Assembly (NCBI GenBank): GCA_034659275.1
Contig: JAYEGY010000029.1
Span: forward strand, 1,018-65,017
Direction: 5' to 3'
DNA length: 64,000 nt
From: Bacteroidota bacterium
GTDB lineage: Bacteria > Bacteroidota > Bacteroidia > Bacteroidales > VadinHA17
Made by a program: the position numbers and the translations under genes. The notes under the pieces were generated by a model. That model ran no database searches, was not told the DNA's origin, and worked only from the letters and a program-made list of their open reading frames with translations. Positions 1 through 11,381 of this stretch are shown piece by piece (position 1 is the stretch's first letter; each line of letters opens with the position of its first letter).

Positions 1-378
1 AGGGCAGACGAAGGAATAGAGATGGCAGAGAAATCAATTATCTCATATGGTGGCGTTCAGATGGGCCTCCTTGAAAAAAACCTCTCATGGATATCTCTTT
101 TCATTGCCATTGCTCCTATGCTTGGTTTCATGGGTACGGTGATTGGCATGATTGCAGCTTTCGATAATATTGAACAGGCTGGTAACGTGTCTGCAGGTCT
201 TGTTGCAGGTGGTATTAAAATTGCTCTTATTACTACCGTATCAGGTCTGATCGTTGCAGTTATTCTGCAGATTTTCTATAACACAATACTTTCAAAAATC
301 GACAGCCTGACAAACCAGATGGAAGATGCTTCAATCTCACTCATTGACATACTTGTTAAGCACAACCTTAAAAAGTAA
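1..378 (+). CDS. exbB: MotA/TolQ/ExbB proton channel protein (5'-truncated by window edge)
   Basis: APMLGFMGTVIGMI...GGIKIALITTVSGL ExbB/TolQ signature; the frame is open back to base 1. Confidence 0.9.
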   Translation, partial: RADEGIEMAEKSIISYGGVQMGLLEKNLSWISLFIAIAPMLGFMGTVIGMIAAFDNIEQAGNVSAGLVAGGIKIALITTVSGLIVAVILQIFYNTILSKIDSLTNQMEDASISLIDILVKHNLKK

Positions 379-383
379 ATATT

Positions 384-836
384 ATGTCAAATATAACTAG
401 TAGAATCACACAGATAATCCTCTGGGTGCTGATGGCTGTTACCATAGTACTTGCCGTTATGTTCTATTTCGGCAATGTAGAGAATGAGGGCACAAGAATG
501 GAGGAACCAGTTGTCACACAAACATTCCTGTCGTGGGCATATATACTCTTTTTTGTTGCTGCCGGGATCACAATTATATTTTCAATAGTTAGTATGATTA
601 TCAATCCCCAGGGCATCAAGAAAGGAATTTTTTCCCTGCTTGTAGGAGTGGCGGTTATTATTCTCGCCTACCTATTAGCTGATGATACTGTGTTAAACAT
701 GCCTTATTTTACAGGTAAGGGCAATGAACCTACCACACTTAAGTATGTTGGCACAGGATTATATGCTGCTTACCTTCTCGTCGCGCTCGCTTTTCTGGCC
801 ATCCTATGGTCATCGGTTTCGAGAATTTTTAAGTAG
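384..836 (+). CDS. 4-TM hypothetical membrane protein of the Bacteroidota exbB-exbD operon
   Basis: Four hydrophobic helices; lies between exbB and exbD. Confidence 0.8.
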   Translation: MSNITSRITQIILWVLMAVTIVLAVMFYFGNVENEGTRMEEPVVTQTFLSWAYILFFVAAGITIIFSIVSMIINPQGIKKGIFSLLVGVAVIILAYLLADDTVLNMPYFTGKGNEPTTLKYVGTGLYAAYLLVALAFLAILWSSVSRIFK

Positions 837-881
837 TAGTTAATAAACTCCCCTGGCGGGGAAATTAAAAATTATAAAATT

Positions 882-1466
882 ATGGCAAGAAGGGAAGTAC
901 ACGAGATAAATGCTGCTCCAATGGCGGACATAGCATTTCTCCTGCTTATCTTTTTCCTGGTAACCACAACCATGGCTACCGATACAGGTTTGATGCGAAA
1001 ACTTCCGCCAATGCAGGATCCGGACATGGAACAGCCCGAGGATCAGCAGATCCACGAGAGAAATATTCTCGTAGTAAAAGTAAATAAGGATAATATGCTG
1101 CTTGTTGAAGGTGAAATAATCGAGATCGATGAACTCAAGGATATTACAAAGGAATTCATTCTTAATCCTAATGATGATCCGGATTTGCCGGAAAAAATAG
1201 AAAAGAACATTCCTTATTTTGGTACAGTCCGAGTGGCTAAACAGGCCGTTATATCTCTTCAAAACGACTACGGTACAACTTATGGTGTATACATAGCAGT
1301 ACAGAATGAACTGCTTGCTGCCAGGGACGAAGTAAGAAATGATCTGGCAATGCAAACATGGGGAATACCCTATGAGGATCTGAATGAAGATCAGATGGCC
1401 GCAGTCAATGAGTATTACAATGCACCTATCTCAGAAGCAGAACCAAAAAAGATTGGAGGAGAGTAA
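882..1466 (+). CDS. exbD: ExbD/TolR family biopolymer transport protein
   Basis: EINAAPMADIAFLLLIFFLVTT motif. Confidence 0.9.
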   Translation: MARREVHEINAAPMADIAFLLLIFFLVTTTMATDTGLMRKLPPMQDPDMEQPEDQQIHERNILVVKVNKDNMLLVEGEIIEIDELKDITKEFILNPNDDPDLPEKIEKNIPYFGTVRVAKQAVISLQNDYGTTYGVYIAVQNELLAARDEVRNDLAMQTWGIPYEDLNEDQMAAVNEYYNAPISEAEPKKIGGE

Positions 1467-1467
1467 T

Positions 1468-1953
1468 ATGAGTAAATTCAAAAGACATACAGGGAAAGCC
1501 GGTGCAGGTAAAATAAATACGGCATCACTTCCTGATATTGTGTTTATGCTTTTGTTCTTCTTCATGACAGTAACGGTTATGAGGGAGGTGGAACTGAAAA
1601 TACAGGTAAGATTACCTGATGCAACCGAAGGTAAAAAACTGGAGAAAAAGTCATTGGCAAGCTTTATTTATATAGGTAAGCCTTTACCTCAGCTCCAGGC
1701 TACATTTGGCCCAGAACCAAAAATTCAGCTAAACGATGCGTTTAAAGAAGTAGATGACATTCAGGACTTCATAGTCCAGGAAAGAGAAACACTGGATGAA
1801 TCCGACCAGGCTAAAATGCTTGTATCCCTGAAAATTGACAGGGAGACAAGAATGCAGATTGTAACAGAAGTCAAGCAGGCCTTGCGTCGAGCTAATGCCC
1901 TGAAGATCATGTACGCAAATATGCCAGTTGAAGATATCACAAATTTGGAGTGA
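1468..1953 (+). CDS. exbD: ExbD/TolR family protein (second copy)
   Basis: INTASLPDIVFMLLFFFM motif; start moved to ATG 1468, just after the upstream stop. Confidence 0.9.
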   Translation: MSKFKRHTGKAGAGKINTASLPDIVFMLLFFFMTVTVMREVELKIQVRLPDATEGKKLEKKSLASFIYIGKPLPQLQATFGPEPKIQLNDAFKEVDDIQDFIVQERETLDESDQAKMLVSLKIDRETRMQIVTEVKQALRRANALKIMYANMPVEDITNLE

Positions 1954-1972
1954 TCTTCCAACATTATATTGT

Positions 1973-2004
1973 AGCCCTGACTCTTAAAAAGTCAGGGCTT
2001 TTTT
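1973..2004 (+). terminator. Intrinsic terminator of the exb operon
   Basis: AGCCCTGACT-loop-AGTCAGGGCT followed by a T run. Confidence 0.8.
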
Positions 2005-2015
2005 ATCTCTACCTG

Positions 2016-2594
2016 ATGAATGAATGGAAAAACATACCTGAACCCATAAATTTTAATCCCCTTAAACACCATAGGCCTTATATAAGGTCTTTTACCAATA
2101 AATGCTCCGTGATGAGCGAAGAAAAGATCGTAAGGGATATAATTCCTTTGCTCAAGCATATAGGTACATCCGTGGCAGATATTTATACCGGACAATTAGG
2201 CCTGCGTGATATTGTCAGAGAAATAAACCTGCTCCGGGAAAAAGAAAATATTATGACCGAAGGGTCTTTTCACACATGGATAGAGAAGTCCAAAAAAGCT
2301 TACAGGAAATACCATCTGTCCGACTCATCACAGTGGGTAATCAAACACCTTCATGACAACCGCAGGTATTTCCATATTTTCCCCGGAAGAAATGTTGAAT
2401 ATACTGCACGCAGCAGGGGTAATTCACTTAAAACCGCAATACTTTTTGACATACTATTCGATAAAGGAGATATAATAATATCCGATCTTAATGCTGTTCG
2501 GAAAATGCTTGGCCTCTCACCCGTAAGAAGCATCGAATCAGCTTGCAGTATTATTGCAGATATACGAATGTTGCAGAATGAATCTACTGATTAG
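2016..2594 (+). CDS. Hypothetical protein
   Basis: Long ORF; probable ATG at 2016 after the terminator; no motif recognised. Confidence 0.65.
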   Translation: MNEWKNIPEPINFNPLKHHRPYIRSFTNKCSVMSEEKIVRDIIPLLKHIGTSVADIYTGQLGLRDIVREINLLREKENIMTEGSFHTWIEKSKKAYRKYHLSDSSQWVIKHLHDNRRYFHIFPGRNVEYTARSRGNSLKTAILFDILFDKGDIIISDLNAVRKMLGLSPVRSIESACSIIADIRMLQNESTD

Positions 2595-2679
2595 TGACTT
2601 TCTTATAATAAATATTTACCAAACCTCGAGACAGTTATCAAACGGCCTGACCGGATAATACTAAACCTTTACACCCCAA

Positions 2680-3621
2680 TCATAATGTAGAAACAGGTTT
2701 ATAAAAAATGCCCCGCTCCTGGTGAACGCTTTCAATTTTATTTTCCTTTTCCAATACATCAAGATACTTGTTGATCTCACTTATATGCATGCCGAGGGTT
2801 TCACTGAGATCATCAATTGTACAGGGTCTTCTGAATATCATTTCCATAATGGCATCCTCGGCGTCTTTCCGGTATGAAAGCACCTGCTTACGTTTTGTTG
2901 CGGCAGCAATTATTTCGACATTGGGTAAACCCCAGTATTGTATTACTTTTCCCAATTCCTCCCTGCTTGCAGGCTTCAGGTCAGGTACGATGCCGGGCCG
3001 GTCAAGGGTATTAAGCTGAACTGAATCGGGTTTAATTCTCTGGATCGCCTTCTTCAGCTCATCCAATTCATCATAAGCCATGTTGTAGTCAGGTAAAAGA
3101 AAAATTTCCAGGTGTATTTTTCCCTTATATTCCTTCCTGAAATCAACGAGCCCCTGTATGTAATCTTCAATATTAAGCCCGGGAGCCGGTCGGTTTAACT
3201 TTTTAAACATATCCTGGGTGGCAACATCCAGAGAGGGCAGTACGACATCAGCATCTTTAATTTCATTACGAACATTTTTGTCTGATAATAATGTCCCATT
3301 GGTGAGCACCGCTACAGGAATACCCGGTTTGAGCTGCTTAACGAGGTCCAGAACATCCCCGATACGTGTATTAAGGGTTGGTTCACCGGATCCGGAAAAA
3401 GTGATATAATCAGGATCCGGATTATTTTCAAAAAAATGCCTGAGTTCATCACTCGTTTTGTCGAAACGGATATATTCCCGTCTTTCCGTGGTAAGCTTGG
3501 TTGTTTTGCCAACCTCACAGTATACACAGTCTAAGGTGCATACTTTACGCGGTACTAAATCAACGCCCAGCGACATTCCCAGACGCCTGGATGGTACAGG
3601 CCCAAATAAATATTTATACAT
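2680..3621 (-). CDS. Radical SAM protein (COG0731-like) with C-terminal HTH-like tail
   Basis: FGPVPSRRLGMSLG start, CTLDCVYC (CxxxCxxC), ITFSGSGEPT. Confidence 0.88.
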   Translation of the reverse strand: MYKYLFGPVPSRRLGMSLGVDLVPRKVCTLDCVYCEVGKTTKLTTERREYIRFDKTSDELRHFFENNPDPDYITFSGSGEPTLNTRIGDVLDLVKQLKPGIPVAVLTNGTLLSDKNVRNEIKDADVVLPSLDVATQDMFKKLNRPAPGLNIEDYIQGLVDFRKEYKGKIHLEIFLLPDYNMAYDELDELKKAIQRIKPDSVQLNTLDRPGIVPDLKPASREELGKVIQYWGLPNVEIIAAATKRKQVLSYRKDAEDAIMEMIFRRPCTIDDLSETLGMHISEINKYLDVLEKENKIESVHQERGIFYKPVSTL

Positions 3622-3664
3622 TAGCCCTCCTTTCGCATTTCATCTTTCGCATATAGCATTTCCG

Positions 3665-3738
3665 TGATTCCGGGGGGACTCGAACCCCCAACCAACAGAA
3701 CCGGAATCTGTCATTCTATCCAATTGAACTACGGAACC
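3665..3738 (-). tRNA. tRNA-Arg(CCG)
   Basis: Minus strand GGTTCCGTAGTTCAATTGGATAGAA...ACAGA-TTCCGGT-TCTGT...GGTTCGAGTCC...GGAATCA; anticodon CCG; CCA not encoded. Confidence 0.95.
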
Positions 3739-3857
3739 ATTTTAAACCTACTAAATTAACTCCTGCGACTGATATTTCAAAGAGAGTGCCAAATAATGAT
3801 AATTGATAAGTTTTTCATAATTTCGCAGACCATATTACTAATTGTAATTTAATTGCC

Positions 3858-6518
3858 GTGGCAGAATACAGATTCAGGGAAATAGAAAAGAAATGGCAGC
3901 AATACTGGGAAGAAAATAAAACCTTTAAGGTTTCTGATGATTTCAAGAACACGAAAAAATATTATATTCTTGACATGTTTCCCTATCCATCCGGTTCCGG
4001 CCTGCACGTAGGGCACCCTGAAGGTTACACTGCCACCGATATCGTGGCAAGATATAAAAGAATGAAAGGTTATAATGTCCTCCACCCAATGGGGTGGGAT
4101 GCCTTTGGTTTGCCCGCTGAACAATATGCCATGGAAACCGGCACTCATCCCGCAATTATCACAAACAAGAATTGTGACACTTTCAGGCGCCAGATAAAAG
4201 AAATAGGGCTCAGTTATGATTGGGACAGGGAAATAAATACCACTGATCCGGATTACTTTAAATGGACGCAGTGGATTTTCATACAATTATACAAGACCTG
4301 GTATGACGAAAACCTCCAAAAGGGAAGGCATATTGACGAATTTGAGATACCGGAGGATATTAGAAGTAAAGGAAACGATGCTGTACGCCGTTATATTGAC
4401 AGTAAGCGACTGGCATATTATGATAATGCACAGGTATGGTGGTGTTTGAATTGCAAAATTGTTTGTGCAAATGAAGAAGTACTGACCGATGGCACCCATG
4501 AGAAATGTGGCCACCAGGTTGAAAAAATGAACCTGAAGCAGTGGATGCTCCGCATACCATTTTATGCTGAACGCCTGCTGAGAGGTCTTGATGAGCTTGA
4601 CTGGCCTGAGGGTATTAAAGACCAGCAGCGTAACTGGATAGGTAAGTCTACCGGTGCTGAGGTAAAATTCCATATTGAGAATAGTGATGATATTATCACT
4701 GTATTTACCACAAGGCCTGACACCCTCTTCGGTGCCACTTATATGGTACTGGCCCCCGAGCACGAACTGACTAAAAAACTCACTGCCAGGGAAAAAGAAA
4801 AAGAGGTAAAGAGATATATCAAAGAAGCAGCCCTTAAATCTGACCTTGACCGAACTGATCTCGCAAAAGATAAAACAGGTGTATTTACCGGTTCATATGC
4901 TATAAACCCTGTTAATAACAAGAAAATACCCATATGGATTGCTGATTATGTGCTTACAGCTTACGGAACAGGCGCAATAATGGCTGTTCCTGCACATGAT
5001 GAGAGAGATTTTGAATTCGCCGGCAAATTTGGCCTTCCCATTGAATGTATCATGAACCCTGATACAAATGACCGGGAATTGAAGCAGAAAGTACTGGAAG
5101 GACGGGCGTGCTGGACCGAAGACGGCATCTATATTAATTCATCCGATGAGAATACCGGCCTTGATATAAATGGTTTGAAAAAGGATGAAGGGATAAAGAA
5201 GACCATCGGCTGGCTGGCAGCCAACAATATGGGTGAATTCAGGGTAAATTATAAATTGCGTGACTGGCTCTTCAGCAGGCAGAGATACTGGGGCGAACCT
5301 TTCCCGGTCATACACTGGGAAGACGGGACCATATCGGTGCTTGATGAATCTGAATTACCACTTGAATTGCCCGTACTGGAAAAATATCAACCCGTTGAAA
5401 ACGGAGAATCACCTCTTGCAAATGCTACAGAATGGCTAAGCGTTGAAGGCAAAAACGGAATGAAAGGCAGGAGAGAAACAAATACGATGCCCCAATGGGC
5501 AGGATCATGCTGGTATTACCTGCGTTTCATCGACCCTCATAATGACAGGGCTATTCTCAGCAAGGAAAAAGAAAAATATTGGATGCCCGTCGATCTTTAT
5601 ATAGGAGGTGCTGAACATGCTGTGCTGCATTTGCTATATAGCCGGTTCTGGCATAAAGTACTCTATGACCTTGGCTATGTCTCACATGACGAACCGTATC
5701 TTAAACTCTTTAACCAGGGCATGATACTGGCTTTTGCCTATGAAACAAAAACCGGTGCTAAAGTGCCGGCCGACCTGGTCGAAGAAAAGGATGGCAGATA
5801 TTTCCACAGAATCACAGGGGAAGAATTAAACCAGATAGTGGCTAAAATGTCCAAATCATTGAAGAATGTGGTGAACCCTGACGATATTATTCATAGATAC
5901 GGGGCCGACTCATTTAGATTATATGAAATGTTCATGGGCCCCCTTGATGCCTCCAAGCCATGGGATGAAAAAGGGGTAAAAGGTGTATTCGGATTCCTGA
6001 CAAGAGTGTCAAGATTGTTTGGGGATATGTCAAATATCACTGATGAAACTGAAAGTGATGAATTATTGCAGGCCCTGCACAAGACAATAAGGAAAGTAGA
6101 AAATGATATTGAGAACCTGAGGTTCAATACGGCCATTTCTCAGTTGATGATATTTACCAATCTTGCTGTTAAACAGGGTAAAGTGAACAAGGAAACAGCA
6201 GCTACTTTCGCAAAAATACTCCACCCCTTTGCTCCTCACCTGGCCGAGGAACTATGGCAATTGTACGGTAATAAAGAAAGCCTTGCATATAAGGAATGGC
6301 CGGAGGTAAATGAAAATTACCTGAAACAAGATACATTTGAATATCCTGTATCATTTAACGGTAAACTGAGGTTCAAGCTCGAATTGCCCCTGGATATGGA
6401 AAACGATGAAATAGAAAATGCAGTAATAAGCGATGAAAGGGCAGCAAAATGGCTGGCCGGTAAAAAACCCAAAAAAATAATTATTGTCAAAGGAAGAATA
6501 ATAAACGTTGTGGTATGA
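3858..6518 (+). CDS. leuS: Leucine--tRNA ligase
   Basis: MFPYPSG..LHVGH (HIGH) and KMSKS motifs; CP1 editing TTRPDTLFG. Confidence 0.97.
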   Translation: MAEYRFREIEKKWQQYWEENKTFKVSDDFKNTKKYYILDMFPYPSGSGLHVGHPEGYTATDIVARYKRMKGYNVLHPMGWDAFGLPAEQYAMETGTHPAIITNKNCDTFRRQIKEIGLSYDWDREINTTDPDYFKWTQWIFIQLYKTWYDENLQKGRHIDEFEIPEDIRSKGNDAVRRYIDSKRLAYYDNAQVWWCLNCKIVCANEEVLTDGTHEKCGHQVEKMNLKQWMLRIPFYAERLLRGLDELDWPEGIKDQQRNWIGKSTGAEVKFHIENSDDIITVFTTRPDTLFGATYMVLAPEHELTKKLTAREKEKEVKRYIKEAALKSDLDRTDLAKDKTGVFTGSYAINPVNNKKIPIWIADYVLTAYGTGAIMAVPAHDERDFEFAGKFGLPIECIMNPDTNDRELKQKVLEGRACWTEDGIYINSSDENTGLDINGLKKDEGIKKTIGWLAANNMGEFRVNYKLRDWLFSRQRYWGEPFPVIHWEDGTISVLDESELPLELPVLEKYQPVENGESPLANATEWLSVEGKNGMKGRRETNTMPQWAGSCWYYLRFIDPHNDRAILSKEKEKYWMPVDLYIGGAEHAVLHLLYSRFWHKVLYDLGYVSHDEPYLKLFNQGMILAFAYETKTGAKVPADLVEEKDGRYFHRITGEELNQIVAKMSKSLKNVVNPDDIIHRYGADSFRLYEMFMGPLDASKPWDEKGVKGVFGFLTRVSRLFGDMSNITDETESDELLQALHKTIRKVENDIENLRFNTAISQLMIFTNLAVKQGKVNKETAATFAKILHPFAPHLAEELWQLYGNKESLAYKEWPEVNENYLKQDTFEYPVSFNGKLRFKLELPLDMENDEIENAVISDERAAKWLAGKKPKKIIIVKGRIINVVV

Positions 6519-7756
6519 ACAAGTGGCATTTTATCATAATCATTGTATTATTTACCGTCATATATGACAGTTGCAGCGAGACATCCGGTAACATAAGAAG
6601 TACTGATGAAACGGAAAAAACCTACGAAGAACCGGAAGAGCTCCCCAAACCAAAAATTGACATGTATGGGATAGATACAGTAGCCTATGAACTAATAAGG
6701 GGCAAGGTAAAGCGTAACCAGTTTCTTTCAGAAATACTCGACGATTATAATATTTACTATAATGATATTGAGACATTAATCCGTAATTCCGGTGATGTAT
6801 TTGACGTGAGGAAAATCAAAGCCGGTAATAATTACTGCCTTTATATCAAGCCCGATACCATCGACAGGCTCGAATATATGGTATATGAGCATGACTTAAG
6901 AAATCATTATATACTTGACTTCATTGGTGAACCTGTTGTCAGGAAGATAGAAAGACCCGCAAGCCTGGAGATGAAATATGCTTCGGGTACAATCAAAACA
7001 TCATTATGGAATGCAATGTCTGAAAATAATCTCCCTCCCATCCTGGCAGTGGAACTCTCAGAAATATATGCCTGGTCAATAGATTTTTTTGGACTCCAGG
7101 AAGGTGACAGATTCAAGCTTATTTACGAAGAAGAATATGTAGATACAATCTCTAATGGCATCCACCGTATACTGACTGCCTACTTAGAACATGCCGGTTC
7201 AGCTTTTTATGCAATCCCTCTTATTCAGGACGAAAAGGAAAGCTTTTATGACCTGGAAGGTAACAGCCTGCGTAAAGCCTTTCTTAAAGCCCCACTAAGG
7301 TATTCACGTATAAGCAGCCGGTATTCACATAGCAGGCTACATCCGATATTGAGAATAAGACGTCCCCACCATGGAGTTGATTATGCAGCACCCATTGGTA
7401 CTCCTGTCCATGCCATAGGCGATGGAAGAATTATTATGAGGGAATACCAGAGCGGAGCAGGACGGATAGTAAAAATCAGGCATAACAGTGTTTATACAAC
7501 TGCCTACATGCACCTTAGCAGGTATGGCGAAGGTATTAGTGTTGGTAAATACGTAAAACAGGGAGACATAATAGGCTATGTTGGAAATACAGGCCTGTCA
7601 ACAGGGCCACACCTCGATTTCAGGTTTTATAAAAACGGATATGCCGTTGATCCGCTCAAGGTAGAAGCACCACCCGTAGAACCTGTTTCCGAAGAAAACA
7701 GGGAAAAATTTGAGAAAATAAGCAAGGTGATGGTTCAGCTCATAGATTCATTCTGA
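6515..7756 (+). CDS. M23 family peptidoglycan DD-metalloendopeptidase
   Basis: [13 protein letters not shown] and TGPHLDF M23 motifs. Confidence 0.9.
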   Translation: MNKWHFIIIIVLFTVIYDSCSETSGNIRSTDETEKTYEEPEELPKPKIDMYGIDTVAYELIRGKVKRNQFLSEILDDYNIYYNDIETLIRNSGDVFDVRKIKAGNNYCLYIKPDTIDRLEYMVYEHDLRNHYILDFIGEPVVRKIERPASLEMKYASGTIKTSLWNAMSENNLPPILAVELSEIYAWSIDFFGLQEGDRFKLIYEEEYVDTISNGIHRILTAYLEHAGSAFYAIPLIQDEKESFYDLEGNSLRKAFLKAPLRYSRISSRYSHSRLHPILRIRRPHHGVDYAAPIGTPVHAIGDGRIIMREYQSGAGRIVKIRHNSVYTTAYMHLSRYGEGISVGKYVKQGDIIGYVGNTGLSTGPHLDFRFYKNGYAVDPLKVEAPPVEPVSEENREKFEKISKVMVQLIDSF

Positions 7757-8322
7757 TCTTTCTTTATCAGTTTCTCAACTACCCTTGGATAATATTTGTG
7801 CTCCAGAACGTGTATCCTCTCAGCAAGTGATTCCGGAGTATCCTCAGGTTTAACCTCACACTTTGCCTGGAAAATAATACCCCCCTCATCATAACGTGGA
7901 TTAACATAATGTATGCTTATCCCCGACTCCTTCTCATTATTGTCTATGACTGCCCTGTGAACCCTGCTGCCATACATTCCCTTACCACCATAAGCAGGAA
8001 GTAATGCAGGATGTATATTTACTACCCGCCCGGTGTAATGTTTAAGTATGTCCTCGGGTATCAACCATAAAAACCCGGCCAGTACAATAAAATGTATATT
8101 TTTCTCAAGCAGTATTTTCAATACTTTACCATTCCTGTATAAATCATCACGGTCGAAAACAACTGTCGGAACTGAAAATTTCCTAGCTCTTTCTAATACA
8201 AATGCATCCGCCTTATTGGATAGAACAAGTTTGACTTTTGCGGTTTTTCTGTTCGAAAAATAATCCATTAACTTTTCAGCATTCGTACCGGAACCTGATG
8301 CAAAAATAGCTATATTCTTCAT
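7735..8322 (-). CDS. purN: Phosphoribosylglycinamide formyltransferase
   Basis: IAIFASGSGTN and NIHPALLP motifs. Confidence 0.95.
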   Translation of the reverse strand: MKNIAIFASGSGTNAEKLMDYFSNRKTAKVKLVLSNKADAFVLERARKFSVPTVVFDRDDLYRNGKVLKILLEKNIHFIVLAGFLWLIPEDILKHYTGRVVNIHPALLPAYGGKGMYGSRVHRAVIDNNEKESGISIHYVNPRYDEGGIIFQAKCEVKPEDTPESLAERIHVLEHKYYPRVVEKLIKKDQNESMS

Positions 8323-8509
8323 TATTAATCCTTTATAAAAACATGCCGGTTTTTATCTTCACCCCGGAAAAGCATGCTTATTTATTTGAATATCAGAAAT
8401 ATGTATTTTATATTTAATAAATATTTTTAAATTTGTTTGAATAATATGGTACAAATATATTTCTTTGCAAGGTTTTAAATGTAATTATTATTAACCAAAA
8501 ATTGAGATT

Positions 8510-8746
8510 ATGTCTGACATTGCAGCAAAAGTAAAAGAGATCATCGTTGACAAACTGGGCGTTGACGAATCAGAAGTTACCCCAGAAGCTAGTTTTACTA
8601 ATGATCTGGGTGCTGATTCTCTTGACACTGTGGAGCTTATCATGGAATTTGAAAAGGAATTCAATATGGGGATTCCTGATGATCAGGCAGAAAACATCAG
8701 CACTGTTGGTGAAGCCATCAAGTACATCGAGGAAAATGCAAAATAA
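8510..8746 (+). CDS. acpP: Acyl carrier protein
   Basis: [14 protein letters not shown] phosphopantetheine site. Confidence 0.97.
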   Translation: MSDIAAKVKEIIVDKLGVDESEVTPEASFTNDLGADSLDTVELIMEFEKEFNMGIPDDQAENISTVGEAIKYIEENAK

Positions 8747-8775
8747 AATTGCATAACCATAGAAATCAAAAAAAC

Positions 8776-10017
8776 ATGAGAAGGGTTGTAGTTACTGGTA
8801 TTGGAACCATAACTCCGATTGGCAAAAATATTGAGCAATACTGGGAAGGATTAAAATCCGGTGCCAGCGGATCGGATTGGATTACCCGTTTTGATGCTGA
8901 AAAGTTCAAAACGCGCTTTGCCTGTGAGATCAAAGATTACGATCCCAAGGATTATTTTGATCGAAAAGAAATCCGTAAGCTGGATGTTTACGCCCAGTAT
9001 GCGATGATTGCCGTTGATGAAGCTATCAAAGATTCAGGGCTTGATCATGAAAAAATAGATAAAGATCAGGCTGGAGTTATATGGGCTTCAGGTATTGGGG
9101 GGATAGAAACATTTCTTAATGAAATTACAGGGTTTGTTACGGGGGGCAGCGTTCCCCGTTTCAGCCCTTTCTTTATTCCCAACATGATCTCCGACATTGC
9201 TGCCGGCCATATTTCCATAAAATATGGCTTTGAGGGCCCTAACTATGGTACGGTATCTGCTTGTGCATCATCAAGCCATGCTATCATTGATGCATTCAAC
9301 CTGATCAAGCTGGGCAAAGCAAATATCTTCATTGCAGGCGGATCAGAGGCTGCCATAAACCAGGCCGGCATTGGAGGTTTTAATTCAATGCAGGCAATGT
9401 CAACAAACAACGAAGAGTATAAAACTGCATCCAGACCAATGGATTATAAGCGTGATGGTTTCGTGATGGGGGAAGGCAGTGGATCTCTCATAATAGAAGA
9501 TTACGAGCATGCCAAAGCCCGGGGAGCAAAGATATACGGTGAAATATGTGGTACAGGAATGACTGCAGATGCATACCATATTACAGCACCCCATCCTGAA
9601 GGCATAGGGGCCTATAAAGTAATGAAAATTGCACTTGAAGAATCAGGACTGGCAAAAGAAGATATTGACTATATAAACGTCCATGGTACTGCAACACCCC
9701 TTGGTGATATCTCCGAGACCAAAGCCATAGTCAACCTGTTCGGAGAACATGCATATAAGATGAATATAAGTGCCACCAAATCAATGACAGGTCACCTGCT
9801 CGGCGCTGCGGGTGCCATAGAAGCAATTGCTTCTATTCTTGCAATAAAGCACGATATGGTACCTCCTACCATCAATCAATCAACTCCTGATCCTAATATT
9901 GACCCGAATTTGAACCTTACCGTTAATAAGGTCCAGGAAAGGAAAGTTAACAGCGCTATAAGTAATACATTCGGATTCGGTGGACATAATGCTTCAATAA
10001 TAATCAGGAAAATCTGA
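8776..10017 (+). CDS. fabF: Beta-ketoacyl-ACP synthase II
   Basis: RRVVVTG, SACASS, NVHGT, GHLLGAAG, NTFGFGG; ATG at 8776. Confidence 0.96.
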   Translation: MRRVVVTGIGTITPIGKNIEQYWEGLKSGASGSDWITRFDAEKFKTRFACEIKDYDPKDYFDRKEIRKLDVYAQYAMIAVDEAIKDSGLDHEKIDKDQAGVIWASGIGGIETFLNEITGFVTGGSVPRFSPFFIPNMISDIAAGHISIKYGFEGPNYGTVSACASSSHAIIDAFNLIKLGKANIFIAGGSEAAINQAGIGGFNSMQAMSTNNEEYKTASRPMDYKRDGFVMGEGSGSLIIEDYEHAKARGAKIYGEICGTGMTADAYHITAPHPEGIGAYKVMKIALEESGLAKEDIDYINVHGTATPLGDISETKAIVNLFGEHAYKMNISATKSMTGHLLGAAGAIEAIASILAIKHDMVPPTINQSTPDPNIDPNLNLTVNKVQERKVNSAISNTFGFGGHNASIIIRKI

Positions 10018-10027
10018 AAAACCAGTT

Positions 10028-10771
10028 GTGTTTCCCAATCACAACATTAATAAAAACACAAGAATCCTTAATAAAAAGGCATTCAGGTCTGCTTTAAAAA
10101 GAATACTGGGATTCACCCCTGCAAGGCTCGGAATTTACGAGCTCGCTTTTATCCATCGTTCCGCAACTTATGAACTATCTGATGGAAGCATTTTAAATAA
10201 TGAACGATTGGAATACCTTGGCGATGCCATTCTCGATGCAGTCCTCTCAGAATACCTCTACAGTAATTATCCGGAAGCTTCCGAAGGTGAATTAACCAAA
10301 CTAAGATCCAGGATTGCAAACAGGCTTACACTTAACAAACTGGCTTGTTCAATGGATATTAATAATATTGTAATAAGCCACCTGAGTAATAATTCATCCT
10401 CAGGAAACATATATGGCGATGCACTGGAAGCGCTTATCGGAGCCCTTTTTATTGATAAAGGATACTCCAGGACAAGAAAATTCATTATCAAAAATATATT
10501 AAAACATCATCTTGACTTGAAAAGGGTAATAAACACTGAAACCGATTATAAAAGCCAGATATTCCAGTGGGCGCAAAAACTGCAAAGACAAATAAGTTTT
10601 AATTATACCGAAGACTATAATTTCAATGAGAAAAAATATGTCTTTACCACGGTGCTCCTGATCAATCATGAAATTTTTGGAAAGGGTAGCGGATCTTCAA
10701 AAAAGGAAGCAGAACAAAAAGCTTCACTTCAGGCAATAAAGAAAATCAATAAGATGGGATTCCCTGTTTAA
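10028..10771 (+). CDS. rnc: Ribonuclease III
   Basis: NERLEYLGDA signature; C-terminal dsRBD (GSSKKEAEQ). Confidence 0.95.
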   Translation: MFPNHNINKNTRILNKKAFRSALKRILGFTPARLGIYELAFIHRSATYELSDGSILNNERLEYLGDAILDAVLSEYLYSNYPEASEGELTKLRSRIANRLTLNKLACSMDINNIVISHLSNNSSSGNIYGDALEALIGALFIDKGYSRTRKFIIKNILKHHLDLKRVINTETDYKSQIFQWAQKLQRQISFNYTEDYNFNEKKYVFTTVLLINHEIFGKGSGSSKKEAEQKASLQAIKKINKMGFPV

Positions 10772-10812
10772 AGGCAATTTTTACTAACTTTATCAGTAAT
10801 TTAAAACAGAAA

Positions 10813-11250
10813 ATGAAATCTCCGTCAAAAAAGACCAGGCATAAGCTGAGTGTCGATGACAATAATTCAGATCAGTATATAGGCCTTGTATCACCAGAAG
10901 CTGATTACAAGGTATCATTACTGATAAACCAGCAGCTCGGCATCAATCTTAGGAGTACCAGGCCGGTAATTAAAACTGCAAATAAGAAAGAGATCAGTTT
11001 TTCTAAATTTTCATGTGACTCAGAATACACTGAGACATCATACGAACTTATAAGCAACCGTTCTGGAAAGGAAACACTTCTCACCAAAATTCCTTCTTTG
11101 GACTATATCTTAAGGATTAAAGGTATACCGGCTTCAGTTACTATTGACGGTATAATTAATAAAATAAGAAACATCAGGGAGATAACGGGGGTTTTTGTAC
11201 TAGATAGAAAAAAGCAAATAGAAAATTCTGTCCTCAAAATATTAACCTGA
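10813..11250 (+). CDS. Probable IPExxxVDY-family protein
   Basis: Size, DYKVSLLINQQLG and 'IPSLDY' segments, position after rnc as in other Bacteroidota. Confidence 0.55.
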   Translation: MKSPSKKTRHKLSVDDNNSDQYIGLVSPEADYKVSLLINQQLGINLRSTRPVIKTANKKEISFSKFSCDSEYTETSYELISNRSGKETLLTKIPSLDYILRIKGIPASVTIDGIINKIRNIREITGVFVLDRKKQIENSVLKILT

Positions 11251-11346
11251 GATGGAAAAATTAAGGCTTAAGCTCTTAAGAAACGAATTCTCTACAGGAA
11301 GGAAAGTATTTTAAAAAATCTAAGGGGCTTCCAATAGAAAAGAATT

Positions 11347-11381
11347 AAAAAAAAATGAGCGAATAAAAATATCCGCTCATT
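11347..11381 (-). terminator. Intrinsic terminator on the minus strand with no upstream minus-strand CDS nearby
   Basis: Minus strand AATGAGCG-loop-CGCTCATT followed by a T run (A9 on plus, 11347-11355). Confidence 0.75.

Noticed and set aside
3777-3791. TGGCACTCTCTTTGA sigma54-like box upstream of tRNA-Arg (minus strand)
   Set aside because: Its TTTG also fits the -33 element of a primary-sigma promoter (TTTG-N19-TAATTTAG), which is the simpler explanation for a tRNA
7735-7756. 22-bp convergent overlap of the M23 peptidase and purN
   Set aside because: Short tail-to-tail overlaps are common and imply no special function
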